DNA of 64,000 nucleotides from Rhizodiscina lignyota. Taxonomy: Eukaryota. Numbering within the stretch: position 1 is the stretch's first letter; each line of letters begins with the position of its first letter. The stretch covers positions 1,674,001 to 1,738,000 of the forward strand of contig ML978123.1 in NCBI GenBank assembly GCA_010015805.1, given 5' to 3'. This document shows positions 1 through 11,772 of the stretch, one piece after another. The position numbers were made by a program, and so were the translations under genes. The notes beneath the pieces were generated by a model. That model did no database searches and had not been told where the DNA came from. It worked only from the letters and a program-made list of their open reading frames with translations.

Positions 1-454
1 CTTTGAGGTAAGACTGACTGTCTCGAAAAGCCGCGTGGCGCTGATCCGTCTCTCAGCTCGAGCTTGCGAACCCAGAGGTGCCGTGGGATGTACAAGAGCG
101 ATTTTTTGCGAAGCAATCAGGCATAAAAGTTTTCATCAGGCCACGAAAGCATGAGTAGTCATAGTGCCCGTGAACCAAGGGTAGCTTGCAGGACTTCATG
201 AATTGCTACCCCGGTTCGAGAGTGGCAAAAGGGAAAGCTGTAACGCCTAAGAGGAGGCAGTTCCTGCACTTCAATGTAAGCGAGACTATAACAAAAGCTC
301 AGTATTACGTTCTTCGGAGTACATGTAACAGTAACAGACCGTTGAAAAACTTGCGTACTTTTATTGCTGACTCTGAATCATAACTGTTCAGTATTCTGAA
401 AGCAGTGGCTATCCTTTTTCTCATTCTCAAACCTGGTTATCGACTTTTCCGTTC

Positions 455-1758
455 TCAGGCATCTTTCTTGTCTTCATGGTATCCATCCGCGCCGTCCACG
501 ACGCCATACGCCCCGCCGCCTCTCCCAAACATCCTCCGCAAATCTCTCGCAAGTACTTCCGGCCGCTCCCACGCAGCAAAATGCCCTCCGTCACTTGCCC
601 AATTCTCAAAGACAATGTTGCCAAGCGTTCTAGTGAAGGCGCGCGGAATCCCCATGACATCTTTTGGAAATTGAGTCAACCCGAGGGGAACATTGTTCCA
701 CGCAAAGAACGCCTTGTCCGCCGGGATACCATAAGGAGGTGTGGGAGTCTCGGCTTCGAAGTATGTGCGAACAGATGCTCCTGGGCCTGCAGCGGAAAAC
801 CAGTAGATTGAAACCCATGTCAGGATCTCGTCCTCCGTCCAAGGGTAGTTGTCTGTCCAGTGGAGCAACTTCTCGTATATCCAGCCGAGTAGCGCAACTG
901 GAGAGTCCGCGAGGCAGTAAGCTACGGTCTGCGGGCGAGTCTGGTGTATCTTGTAATAAGCATTGCCTGTTGTGATATAGCTCCATGCGCTCTTCAAACC
1001 CTGCCATTCGAACTTGGTCCAAGGGATTATAAGGGCCTGCAAAAGTCGAAGCGGTTGCTTGAGCAAGTTCATGGGATCGAAGAAGACGAAATTGATGTGC
1101 ACGGCTCGCAGGTTTTCATGATAATTTCGGCCCATCATTTGAGTTATTAAGGAACCCCAATCTCCCCTTGGGCTACGTATTCTTTGTATCCAAGAGAAAG
1201 CATCAGCTTGTGGCACACCTCTCCGTAATGCCTCAGATTGAATCCTGTCTGAATGTCGTTGTCATATTAGCATTGAAACTTAACGGACCTTCTGAGCACA
1301 TGTACCTTTGAGACACCTTCGGAGAAACCGTAGTTCGGCAAGCTGGGAGCAACGACATGAAATGCCGGGGAGTCAGCGCCGCCTTCAGTCAGCAATGGCA
1401 AAAGCTTGGTGACTTCTAGAAAGTTGCCAGGCCAACCATGGACGAACAAGAGAGGGATTGCTTCCTTCACCGAAGATCTCTGATGGATAAAATGAATGTC
1501 CAGGTCACCGAATTGATCGGTTGAAACGGTTTCGGTATACATCGGTAAGCGATTGAGAGCTGCTTCGTGGTTTCGCCAGTTCGGAAGATACGTCTTGAGC
1601 CAGTACTCGACCAAGCGATGCATTTCTGATACTGGCACGCCCTGTTCAACGGTGAAGCCAATTGGCTCGTCAGGTAAACGCGCCATCTCCAGCTTCTTCT
1701 GGAGCGTCTCCAAATCAGCATCCGAAACGTTCAACTGAAATGGCATCGGGTTCGGCAT
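455..1758 (-). pseudogene. Microsomal-type epoxide hydrolase (EHN + alpha/beta hydrolase), interrupted by a 1-bp frameshift (pseudogene or sequencing error)
   Basis: Exon 1 (1758-1306) has PFQLNV..DL..L and LLFVHGWPG..FHVVAPSLPNYGFS. Intron ~1305-1250. Exon 2 reads TGFNLRHYGEVCHKLMLSLGYKEYVAQG, then needs one extra G at 1164-1167 to continue GDWGS...HINF...DSPVALLGWIYEK...GGHFAAWERP to the stop at 455. Confidence 0.85.
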
Positions 1759-2757
1759 CGTCGGTTTCGAGCAAGGGTTAAGCAAAAAGATTAGATGTGA
1801 ACGAAAGTCTTTGGAAACGCTTGAGTTGAGAAGATCGCTTTGCTAGCAGTCTTCTATTCAATCGGGTGCTGCGCTGGCGGAAGATGAACAGGAGGCAAAG
1901 TAAATCCAGAAGTAACCAAAAAGAGAATACCAAGAACACTGTTTGGATTGGCCGTTATGATGCATCATATGCTTGCAGCTTGTGTTGCCTAAATGGGTTG
2001 TGCCTCGGAGATATTAAATACGAAAGAAAAGGGGTTGTGGAAGAGACAAGACACTTCAAGCGTTCTCATCCTCCATCCTTTCAGCCACTGCACCCTGACG
2101 GTGCAAACTTAAAAGAGACAGACTCCTTCTGTGGGCTTTAAAGCCTAAGTGGTCACACATGTGTTGTCTAATCTTTGCACAGCATTTTTCTGCAAATAAG
2201 AGAAGCACGGAATAAGTACGGAGGACCGCGAATTTGGAAATGACGCTCAAGCCACCCGATATTGCGTGATTGAAGAACGAGGCTCTCTTTAAACCCAATG
2301 CCTGCCGCTCCAACGCCTCGAGGCGATTGCAAAACTTCTCAGACATATTGTCGAACACCTTGACCAGTTTAATAGATCATGTTTTGGAAATTTCTTCTTC
2401 GAGTACCCACATTGTGGTCGCCAGACTGAGTGGCTGGACCAGCCTCAAACACCCCCCCTGTCTTCTATGCGGTAGGAAATGATTGGACCGCCCGAACGCC
2501 TCGCAGCTTCAACTTCAGCTACAAACTTTGCTTGTCCAATTATCATCGTACACACTTATCTTGCGCTACGTAGTTGACGTTATTGTGCTCCATCAGCGAT
2601 TCCCCCGCTCTTTGTGTTGCGCTCTTTCATCGCTGTACAACATCCTCCGTCACCATATTCCCAGGTCTGAACTGAATCAAAAGTCCTATAGAACGTATCC
2701 TCACACTCTGGCACACTTCCTCACATTTTATTGAAGTCCTTCTAGTTTTCCTTCACA

Positions 2758-3988
2758 ATGTGTCGCTGGTTTGCATACATTTCCCCCGAGGAGCCTTGCT
2801 TGCTCTCAGATGTCCTCATCACCCCTGCCAACGCCATATCAAAACAATGCTCTGAGCACTATCTTCCATACCTCCTCCCGCATGGCGAAGAAAAAGAGCT
2901 CGACGATTCCAGAGACAAGTTGCTGCAGATGCGCAACAGTCTTTTGAATATGGACGGGCTTGGGATTGCCTGGTACACGTCTGCCGCAGAAAATTACGTC
3001 AAATCCGTCCAAGGTCCACGACCAGCGCTGTACAAATCGCAGTCACCTCCTTCGAACGACTTCAATTTCAAGAATTTATGCAACAACACGGAAACTCATT
3101 GTGTTTTCGCACACATCCGCGCTAGCAGTGGTTCACCAGGTATGGTCTCAGATCCTTCTGGATATCCTCGTCGATCACATGCAGCTAATGCGAATGGTAG
3201 TGACACAAGTCAATTCCCACCGTAAGTCCAGGGCCAGGTCCAGAGATAGAGGCTAGTGGTAACTTACTTGCTTGCCAGCATTTGTGTTTGGAAGACATGT
3301 GTTCATGTAAGCTTGAGCACCGCGGTGTCAGCCAATGTGGTACTATACTAAGTGAAACCGTAGGCACAATGGCGTTATTTCCAACTTCGTCGACATTCGT
3401 CGTGACATGAGCGACAAGCTCAGCTATGATGCTTATGCAAATATTCTTGGCTCCACCGATAGCGAGCATGCCGCTGCGCTCTATATGACGCATCTGACGG
3501 CCGGACAAGGCATGGACACCTGGAATAATGAGTATCCTCTATCAGACATGCTGAAAGCAATGACGAAGACTGTGATCGATATCATGGAACTCCAGCACAA
3601 AACTCTCGGTAAGAAGGCAGCTCCAAACTCCCTGAACTTCTGCGCAACCTCCGGCAAGAGGATGGTGGCCATACGCTTCCGCAACCATGCGACCGAGCAA
3701 CCTCCAAGTCTGTATTGGAGTGAGTTTGCTGGCCGCACTCTCAATCAGAAGTACCCCGGCCAACCAGATTCGCCAACGGCCGTCAACGAGGAAGCGATTA
3801 AGGGAGATGATGAGAGGATTGGAAAACATACGATCATTGCGAGTGAACCAACCACGTACGACGAAAAGGAGTGGCACTTGATACAAAAGAATCATGCTCT
3901 CACAGTTGATGAGCGTGGAGTCGAGACCGAAGTTCCAATCGAATATGATCCGAAGCTCAATGCTGCAGATCCATCGGCGAGTGGCTAA
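2758..3988 (+). CDS. Class II glutamine amidotransferase / Ntn-hydrolase (DUG3/EgtC-like)
   Basis: N-terminal MCRW (Cys2 nucleophile), NMDGLGIAWY, FAHIRA, NSHPF, MHNG, GSTDSE, IASEP. Exons 2758-3139, 3201-3221, 3279-3306 and 3364-3988, with GT-AG introns. Confidence 0.88.
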
Positions 3989-4625
3989 CTTCCCCCCATT
4001 CAGAGAAGAAACAAAATCAAGACAGTCCCTATACCCTAATGAGTATTTCAGAAATGTCATTTGGTTTTTAACATGTCACTCCAGTGATTGTATCGTCTCA
4101 TACCCCTCACCTCGTCAAATCGATGTTTATTGGTGACTGGCTGGACTGTGCGCAAGATCAAAGGATAACGTTCCTGTAGCAAGTTCCGACACGTCCGACG
4201 GCATTTAAAGCATTTCGAAAGTTTATATGCCCATCACAATGTGGGTTAAGCGCTGATGGTCACTGATTTTCATTCCGCGGACATCGGCTGTCGGCCACTG
4301 GCCCACTACATGACCGTACAGCAGAGCGGCTCTCGAGTGTAGCGCAAACAGATCGGGCTCGGTATGCACACTCAGGTCGCCGAGTTCCTTCATCCAGCTC
4401 ATGTTGGGCACACCGCTTTGCCGCTCGTCAGACCCTACTGTTTCACTCCTTTAAATTTGACCTTTCTCATTTGTGCCAATTTCTCATACATATAAACCGC
4501 AACCACGACACTGCAAATCAACTGTTCTTCACAACACTTGAAGTTTCTGTTTGCTCTAGTCACTTATCGAAAGCTATTTACCCTTTTCTCTCATATTAGA
4601 GACGATCCTGTCCTGTTTATATACA

Positions 4626-5566
4626 ATGGGACATCCAGCAGAAGGAGTTCTCGCCAATGACCCACCAATAGCGCTTGTTGAAGAGCGCAAAAGCAGCGAG
4701 ATGAGCTCGAGGCAGCTCAGCATACAAGACCAATCAAAAGAGAATCCTTCAAGTACAAGTGAAGCTTCAACCAAAGAACGACTTGTCTCCCACCTCAGTG
4801 CTCCAATTCGCGTCAGCTTCCTAGCTGAGCTCGAGCTCATTCTCCTCACATTCGCCACAGGTATCCAAGATGCAACCACCTTCCCAGACTACCATTGCTT
4901 CGCGTCCAACCAAACCGGCAATACTGTTATGCTCGCACTCTCCACCACGGTACCCGGCCTGGCAGGAACGCTCTTCATAACTGAGAACATTGGCGTCAGT
5001 CTCGCCCTTTTCCTCGCCGGCGGCTGGATCACAGGCCAAATCAGCCATCACTTCGTGAACAAGCGGAGCAGGTGGTGGCTACTGTTGTGCAATTTCTTGC
5101 AGACGGTGCTAGTGTTTGGCGCGGCGGCCATACAGTTCAAGTTCGGCGTGCAAAGGGAAGGTTCGCGCGCGCTCGCAGTTCTGGCACTGCTGGCGTTTGC
5201 GTCTGGGAGTCAGGTTGTGCAATCGAGGAGTTTGGCGATGACCGAGATATCGACAGCCATGGCGACGGCTGCCTGGGTTGACTTGTGCGTCTCGTAACCC
5301 GTTTGCCTGACTTTCGTGGAGATTGCTAATGGGCTAACAGAATGATCGATTCACGACTCTTCCATCTCAAGAACAGGCCCAGGAACCGTCGTGCCTTCTT
5401 CCTAATCGCCCTCGTATGTGGGAGCTTCGTCGGCGCGGCATTGTACCGTAGCGCGGGTTCTGCATGGGCAATATTCGTCTCCGCCGCAGCGAAGCTTATC
5501 GTGACTGTGCTCTACTTGTTCAACTCACCGGAAAAGAAACAGCCGAGCAATGGAGATGTGTGCTGA
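4626..5566 (+). CDS. DUF1275 (YoaK-like) membrane protein
   Basis: LTFATGIQDATTF..FASNQTGNTV and TAMATAAWVDL motifs, several hydrophobic helices. Intron 5285-5340 (GTGCGT...CTAACAG). Confidence 0.85.
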
Positions 5567-6985
5567 GAGGCGAGATTATCGGTTAGAACGGAAGGTTTGA
5601 GGTGGTTGGCAGAGCATGGAGTCGATCGGAAAAGGGTCAAACGGGAGTACCCGAAAACGCCACGACGGCTGTCGGGGACGACTGCCGAGTATCAGGCTTG
5701 TAGAAGGCGTTACACAACAGCGAGTTTGGTAATTTCTCCCTTATAGAATAATTTGTTTGGTCTAGCGATTTAGCGTTGCGTCTATGTTAGAGATTCAAAG
5801 GGGTCGGAGCACCAGATCAGGTCTTTTCTTTAGTTAGACTTCTATCCTAATGGCTTGAATATTTCTTTCCGGTACTCGCTCCTCGCATTAGATGAAGCTA
5901 CTCGGTTACGTCACACCGCAAATGGGTGGCCTTTCCACTTGGCAGCAAAGCAGGGGAAGAACAGACATTGCATGTTGCTTTGGTGAAAGCACCAAATTGT
6001 ATATTGCTTGATATATACACGAAGCGATAGTATTTTCGACTTCGACTTACGGGGTAGAAGCAATACCATTGCCTCCGACCTCTCCTTATTGTTTGTACCG
6101 TCCTTTCTTTTGGACTAGAAATTTATTTACAAGGACTATGTTCATGCCTGGTCCTACGGGTGCAGAGATTGACGTGAGATATCGCACTTGCTAATGTCGG
6201 GCGACGTTGGACGACTATGCAGGCGAATTTCATGTCACCAACCAACGCTCACCCCCGGGTCGAGTGTGCATGAGATGCACATTGTCTTCCGAATGCCAGG
6301 ATTGTACTCCGTAGATTGTGCGGCGTGTTGTCCTGACTCCTGCGGCCTGCCACGGGGAGCTTCCTATTTTAGGCTGAAATTTTGTTCGGCGACCATCGTA
6401 TCATCGTATGTATTGTCCTTGCGCACAGATGTTTCTCTCCCTGACTCGCATACACTGTTACTGTAGCTGGTAGTCTTTGATTGTACAAAACGTCGGTCTT
6501 TTACTCGAGCTGCACTGTCGACTTGTACCACACTGAAGTGTAAATTATTGTTCTTCCGTTCAGATTTCACAGCTGCTTTACTATTCGTGATCTTGTTGAT
6601 TGTGGCCTTTGCACTTCCTGTCCTCAGGCACAATTGATTTGCAGCTTATGCTTGCTCGAAGAAAACTTCTTCCGCTCAGTTCACACTACTCGGACGCAAA
6701 CTCTGGTCGCTTACAGTTGTTCTTCTTTAGAGGACACCAATTGATCGTCTCTCTCTTGCCGGACGCGTCTGGTAAGTTTCTTTCCCAAGTTCGAGACCAC
6801 CATCCACCAACACCTTGTCTGTGGCAAGAGTCTCCCCGTGGCACCGCGTTTGCTGTTGTATAAAAGCCAGCTCTTCAGCTCATCCCGGGTATTCAATGTC
6901 AAGGTAACCCAGTCAAAACTTTCGCTCGAGGTTCGATACAGAGACCTAAAGTGTGGTGCATGTAAATGGTGTGTTCAACAACATT

Positions 6986-9201
6986 TTACCCAACTTGCGC
7001 TTGTTGGATATCCGACGACCACATCTGGTCAGCCCAATCCCACAGAAGTCCTTGTTGATTGTAATATGGATGCAAAGGCGTCGCCGAGCTTGGTCCTTGA
7101 ATCGGTGCTGTGTTATCCATAAGGGGATTCATCCAACCCAAATCGGGCTGTTCCGCCGATGACTGAGACTCGAATGGGGTAGTACTGACCCTGAAATCGG
7201 ACGCAGTTGGAATTGCTCCGCCCGCAGCTGTAGAAGGAATCTGTAGAGGTCCCCCCACTACATCCTGATCCTCCGTGTCGCTTGTGTCATGCTCGTCGAG
7301 GACTGCCGCAAGAGTGGCATGACTTGAAGTCAAAGGGCTCGTCTGCCCTTCTCTCGGAGACTCAACGTCACTTTGAGTCCCATCAAGATGTCGTATCATA
7401 TTTGCAATGTCCTTTTGCTATTTTCTCGAGTCAGCCTTAGTTGATATAGTTGTCGCTTAATTGAGAATGATAAGAGCGGAAGAGGTCTTTAGACGTACGA
7501 TGGTGATCATGGTTGGATACAGCTTTGAGAGTCTGCTCAAGGTTTCCGAAAATGCGCGCAGATAGCATAGCCCTAAGGCGGGATCCAGTCCGCTTGGAAG
7601 ACCTTTTGTGAAACGATGGCATGCATACAATATGGCGCATGAGCACTGATACAAGCATACTGCAATAGACGGGTCGCTAACGTAGACGTCTTTCACAATG
7701 TCATAAGTCGTCAAAACGAGCTCTCCAACAGCAATTGCATGATCGAGTCCTTTATCCTGACAGTATTTGCTGTATTCGCTGGATACGGCGTTAAGAACAG
7801 CAGGTTTCACAGCCTCTTTGAATCCAGGCGTGAGGATTCGGTAGAGATCACAGTGGCACTGATGCCACCATATGTGTAACATGATGAAATCGGTCCGTCT
7901 TGATGAAAATGCACGAACCTCAACGGCTCGAGGGCTGAAAAGAAATTCTTTCGGAAGGGTATCGAAGATTTCCGCAAGATCGTTCTCAAACTTTTCCATT
8001 TCATGCCTCGAATGCTCAGGATTGAGACCGTTGAGAATTATGTTTTTTGTGTATCTGAATAGTCGTTAGCTCGGGATACAAGGAGTTTCTGGTGTATGCA
8101 CTACCGTAATATCCGATGGCGGACGTCGATGACCCTCAAGATACAAGCTTGGGCAGAGAGAGAAACTTCTGAGGTTGAAGGACTCGCCAGGCTCCCCGTC
8201 TGGACTGGCGTATCAAACTCGAAATATCGTTCTCTACAGGGAAGCTGGACGTGGATGGTGTCTGCTTCACACAGAGTGTATTCAACCATGCCTCCGGCAC
8301 ACATTTTATCAAAGGCAAAAATTGACCACATCAGTCTCCGCCGGCTTTCTTGCGCCGTAAATGATGCGGCAGCATTTTCCCAGTGTAAGCGCATGGCATA
8401 CGCAGCACGTACAGCAATAGCCAGGAGGTTGAAAACTTTTCCAAACTGCTGATCCGCTGCTCGATCGAACAAGACAATCATTAATGTCTGCAGATGGCTT
8501 AAAGATATATGACCGATATTCTGTAAGACAGCAGTTTCCGCTCGGTCAGTCCACGAAGACTTGTAGTCGCTCGCTATCTCTTCGCCCAAGAATCGTGCCG
8601 AGGCTCCGCATATCGCCCATGTCAAATAAGATGGAACCTGCCCAGCCGACCATGCCTGCAAGAAGTCTGCTCGGTGCAGAAAGTTGAAGACGGGTATTGG
8701 ATAGATATACTCAAAGAACGCATCGATGAGCTGGCGGGCCAAGTTTGGTTCATTGCTCATCGTTCCATTGAGCGAAGGGTCTTGCATGGCTGGGGAAAGT
8801 GCTCCTGCGCTGCTTACCGGTCGTTCGACTGAAGCAGCTGAGGTTGATATGTCCATAGCAGGCGAATTGGTGGCTATCCGTGAGTCGTCCTCTGTAGACT
8901 GTCCCTGTTTTCTCTGCCGCTTTGAAGGAACGTATCTACACTCGATATCCCGCTCCCGACATCGGCGGCAACTTGGTTCTTCACCCGTGCATCGCGCCTT
9001 CTGGGCGTGGCAAGCAATACATGCTCGCCCAACGCGGATCTTCGTTACAGCAGGCCAGTCGCTCGGGGAAGGTGTTGTTGATCCAAAAGCTGCCGATCTT
9101 GATAATGAGCATGGAAAACCAAGGCGTGTACATGCAGCGCAGCCAGCAGAAGTAGTCCGGCACCGAACCTTTCTTTGGCGACACTGGATACATGCGGGCA
9201 T
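6986..9201 (-). CDS. Zn(II)2Cys6 transcription factor with two tandem binuclear clusters plus a fungal-specific TF domain
   Basis: CIQCRQRKVRC-X6-CAAC-X6-C and CIACHAQKARC-X6-CRRC-X6-C; FF..IYP..NFLHR and ESRRRLMWSIF..D motifs. Introns near 8103-8056 and 7498-7418. Start uncertain (possible upstream intron acceptor near 9245). Confidence 0.85.
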
Positions 9202-9896
9202 GGCAATTGACTTTCCGTGTCGCTTCAGATGGTCACGCCCCGAACTGATCGTTAGTGGTAAGCAGGAGCATCTCAATCAGCTTATTCTTTGCGATCTGCA
9301 AGATATGAGTACACGAAGTGTGCGTAAGACGGTGAGAAAGCGTTTAAAGTGAAGCTCATGCTTTCTGTGGAGTCCATAAGATATGACGAGTCTGTGCACG
9401 ATGGCGGAGGCGAGGACTCGCTTGCTCGAGAACGACCCCTGCCGTTTTCGGAACGCTAACGTGCGCCTAGCCGATTTCCGGCCTCCTTATTTGCCTGCTC
9501 TTCAGTCTTCTTCCTACTGTTGCTCGGCCGACAGCGCAGATAGATCATGTTTCTACGTATATGTTATTCAGGATCATGATATCTATGTACAAACCATCTT
9601 TTCATGAACTTAGAAAGTAGAATAGAAGTGGTAGCATCTCAAGATCGCCCTTCACGCATACCGTGCAGTACAATGATATTATTAAGTAGAAGCAAAACAC
9701 GATGCTCTTTAATCAAAACTTAGGAGACAATATACTAAAAATCTACCTATGACGATATTGCCGTGAGATCCACACCACTAAGTGGTTACGATTCGTGCAG
9801 ATATCCCGGCGGGAAGATTGCCGAGCTTATGTATGAAGTTCTGCACAATGCTCCTCCTGAACATCTTAACTTTATCATTCCCATTGCAAAAACAAG

Positions 9897-10360
9897 ATGC
9901 CGGTCTATCACATTGGTGCTATATTCTCACTTGTTTGATCTAGAATACAGTGTCTAACAGATATTCATAGTGCTGTTCAAACTGAAGCCCGGAACTTCTC
10001 CGGAAAAGATCGAGGAGATGAAGGCGACTGGGTCAGCCATGGTCGGCCAAGTCCCAGGTACCTACTGAATTGCAGAGGAATTAACTACCTTCACGCTGTA
10101 CTAATTGCTTGGAGGTCTCATAAAATTCGATTGCGCCCCACCGCTTGCGAGTACGGCTCACAGGGCAAAGGGCTTTGACCTGGGAGTAGTGGCGGTTTTG
10201 GAAAAGGCTTCAGACGTTGCCGTTTATGCCGATCATCCAGCACATCTCAAGTAAGGATATTCTTCTGTCTAAAGCGTTTCTAATATCAATCTTTTGTAGG
10301 GTGCATAAAATGCGGGAGGCTATCTGCGATGACACGCTGGCTTATGATCTCGAATATTAA
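9897..10360 (+). CDS. Stress-responsive A/B barrel (Dabb) domain protein, ~105 aa; absent from the ORF track
   Basis: Spliced by hand (9897-9915, 9971-10057, 10115-10250, 10300-10360): MPVYHIVLFKLKPG...MVGQVPGLI...RAKGFDLGVVAVLEK...YADHPAHLKVHKMREAICDDTLAYDLEY*. The HIVLFK, GF and Y..HP.H motifs are typical of Dabb. Confidence 0.85.
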
Positions 10361-11772
10361 TCTTGCGTTGCACGCACTGCGCAATGACCACATCAATTTT
10401 CAGAGGAAGAACCGTAGAATCATTTTAACCAATGTGAATTGATGCACTTGAATGTATTCGCAAACCGATGTATACTCTGAACCTGCCCATTACTCTCCTT
10501 GCACCCTCTGGAGAATTCCACTGAATATGCTCGTCTATGGAGGAAGATGAACACTGTCGCCGCTGCATCAGGATATATCGAGCATGCTCTTCGCTCTCAT
10601 CATTTCATCAGTGTAATGAATCCCAAATATTCCAAAACAACAAGCAGAAGCGCCAGCCAGAACGATGACTTCACAGGCAATACCGATCTCTTAGAACATC
10701 AAGGGTGATTTGGCTTGGTAGAACTTGAAAGACTGCAACAAGAAACGGATTTTACTTTTCAGTGTAAGCGTGAGCGTACTGAAATCTCAGTATAATATGC
10801 GTTAGATGGTGCTTATCCGAGATTGCAAACTCACAATGAATACAATTCGTCTTTACTGAAGAGGATGTCGAGCTGTTGTGGTGGAGGATTTTTTGATACA
10901 CTCGGGGGTGTTCGGAGATTGCTCCCGGCCTCAGCTCACCTCATCACGAGGAGAACATCAATGTCTCCCTTTAACGGGATGAAGATGCTGACTGGACGAC
11001 AGACCTCTCCTATCCTCTCGCTGAACTGCTTCTTAGGTGTTCGTGCTCTTAATCAGTTGAATTCTTTGAAACTTTCGATGCACTTGGCAACCCCGAGATC
11101 GCGTCCCTTTCATCTTCAACTCTTAAACGACTCCGTTGCCATACGACTACGCTGGATCCGTTCCGTGGTGCGCCGTGCCTTGCATGTTATCTGCCAAAGG
11201 ATCAATACACATCTTTCCGATCGGCGCTGGTTCTGCACATTTCAGACGGTATCACAGACTCCGCCATTGCTTCTCAAGGTTCGGGGAGATATCGAGATAG
11301 CGAGGGCATGGGAATTCACCTAAAGCGGCTAGCAAAATGTGTCGAGCTTCCAATTCCAAGACAGGTTGTCTGCACGCTCCCAACACAAACCAGGACTCTT
11401 TTCGTATCGTCTTCTTGATCAGGATTTCGATGACTAGCATCACCGCCCGAATTACAAATTCAATGCCGCCATGCCGCCGCAATTCCATGTCTATAACGAA
11501 ATAGCTTTGTCGCGCGATTTTCTATACTGATGGTGCCATTACTCGATGTCGATCGATTCAGTATCCTTCCTGTCCGATTAAGGAAGCTGTGATGCCTCGT
11601 AGGCATTAGCCTAAACTTCAATTCTTCTCTTATCATGTTTTAACAATTGACATCGCACGAAAACGTACCTTTCCATTCATCACTCTTTCATGACTGGTGC
11701 GCTGAACTACTCGCATTCTCCAGACACTTTCATATCTCGGCGGCAGGCATTCAATACTTATATCAGAGTGAA

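Noticed and set aside
179..220. GGGTAGC...GCTACCC hairpin followed by GGTTCGA (tRNA T-loop-like)
   Set aside because: No cloverleaf or A-box can be built; a short stem is expected by chance.
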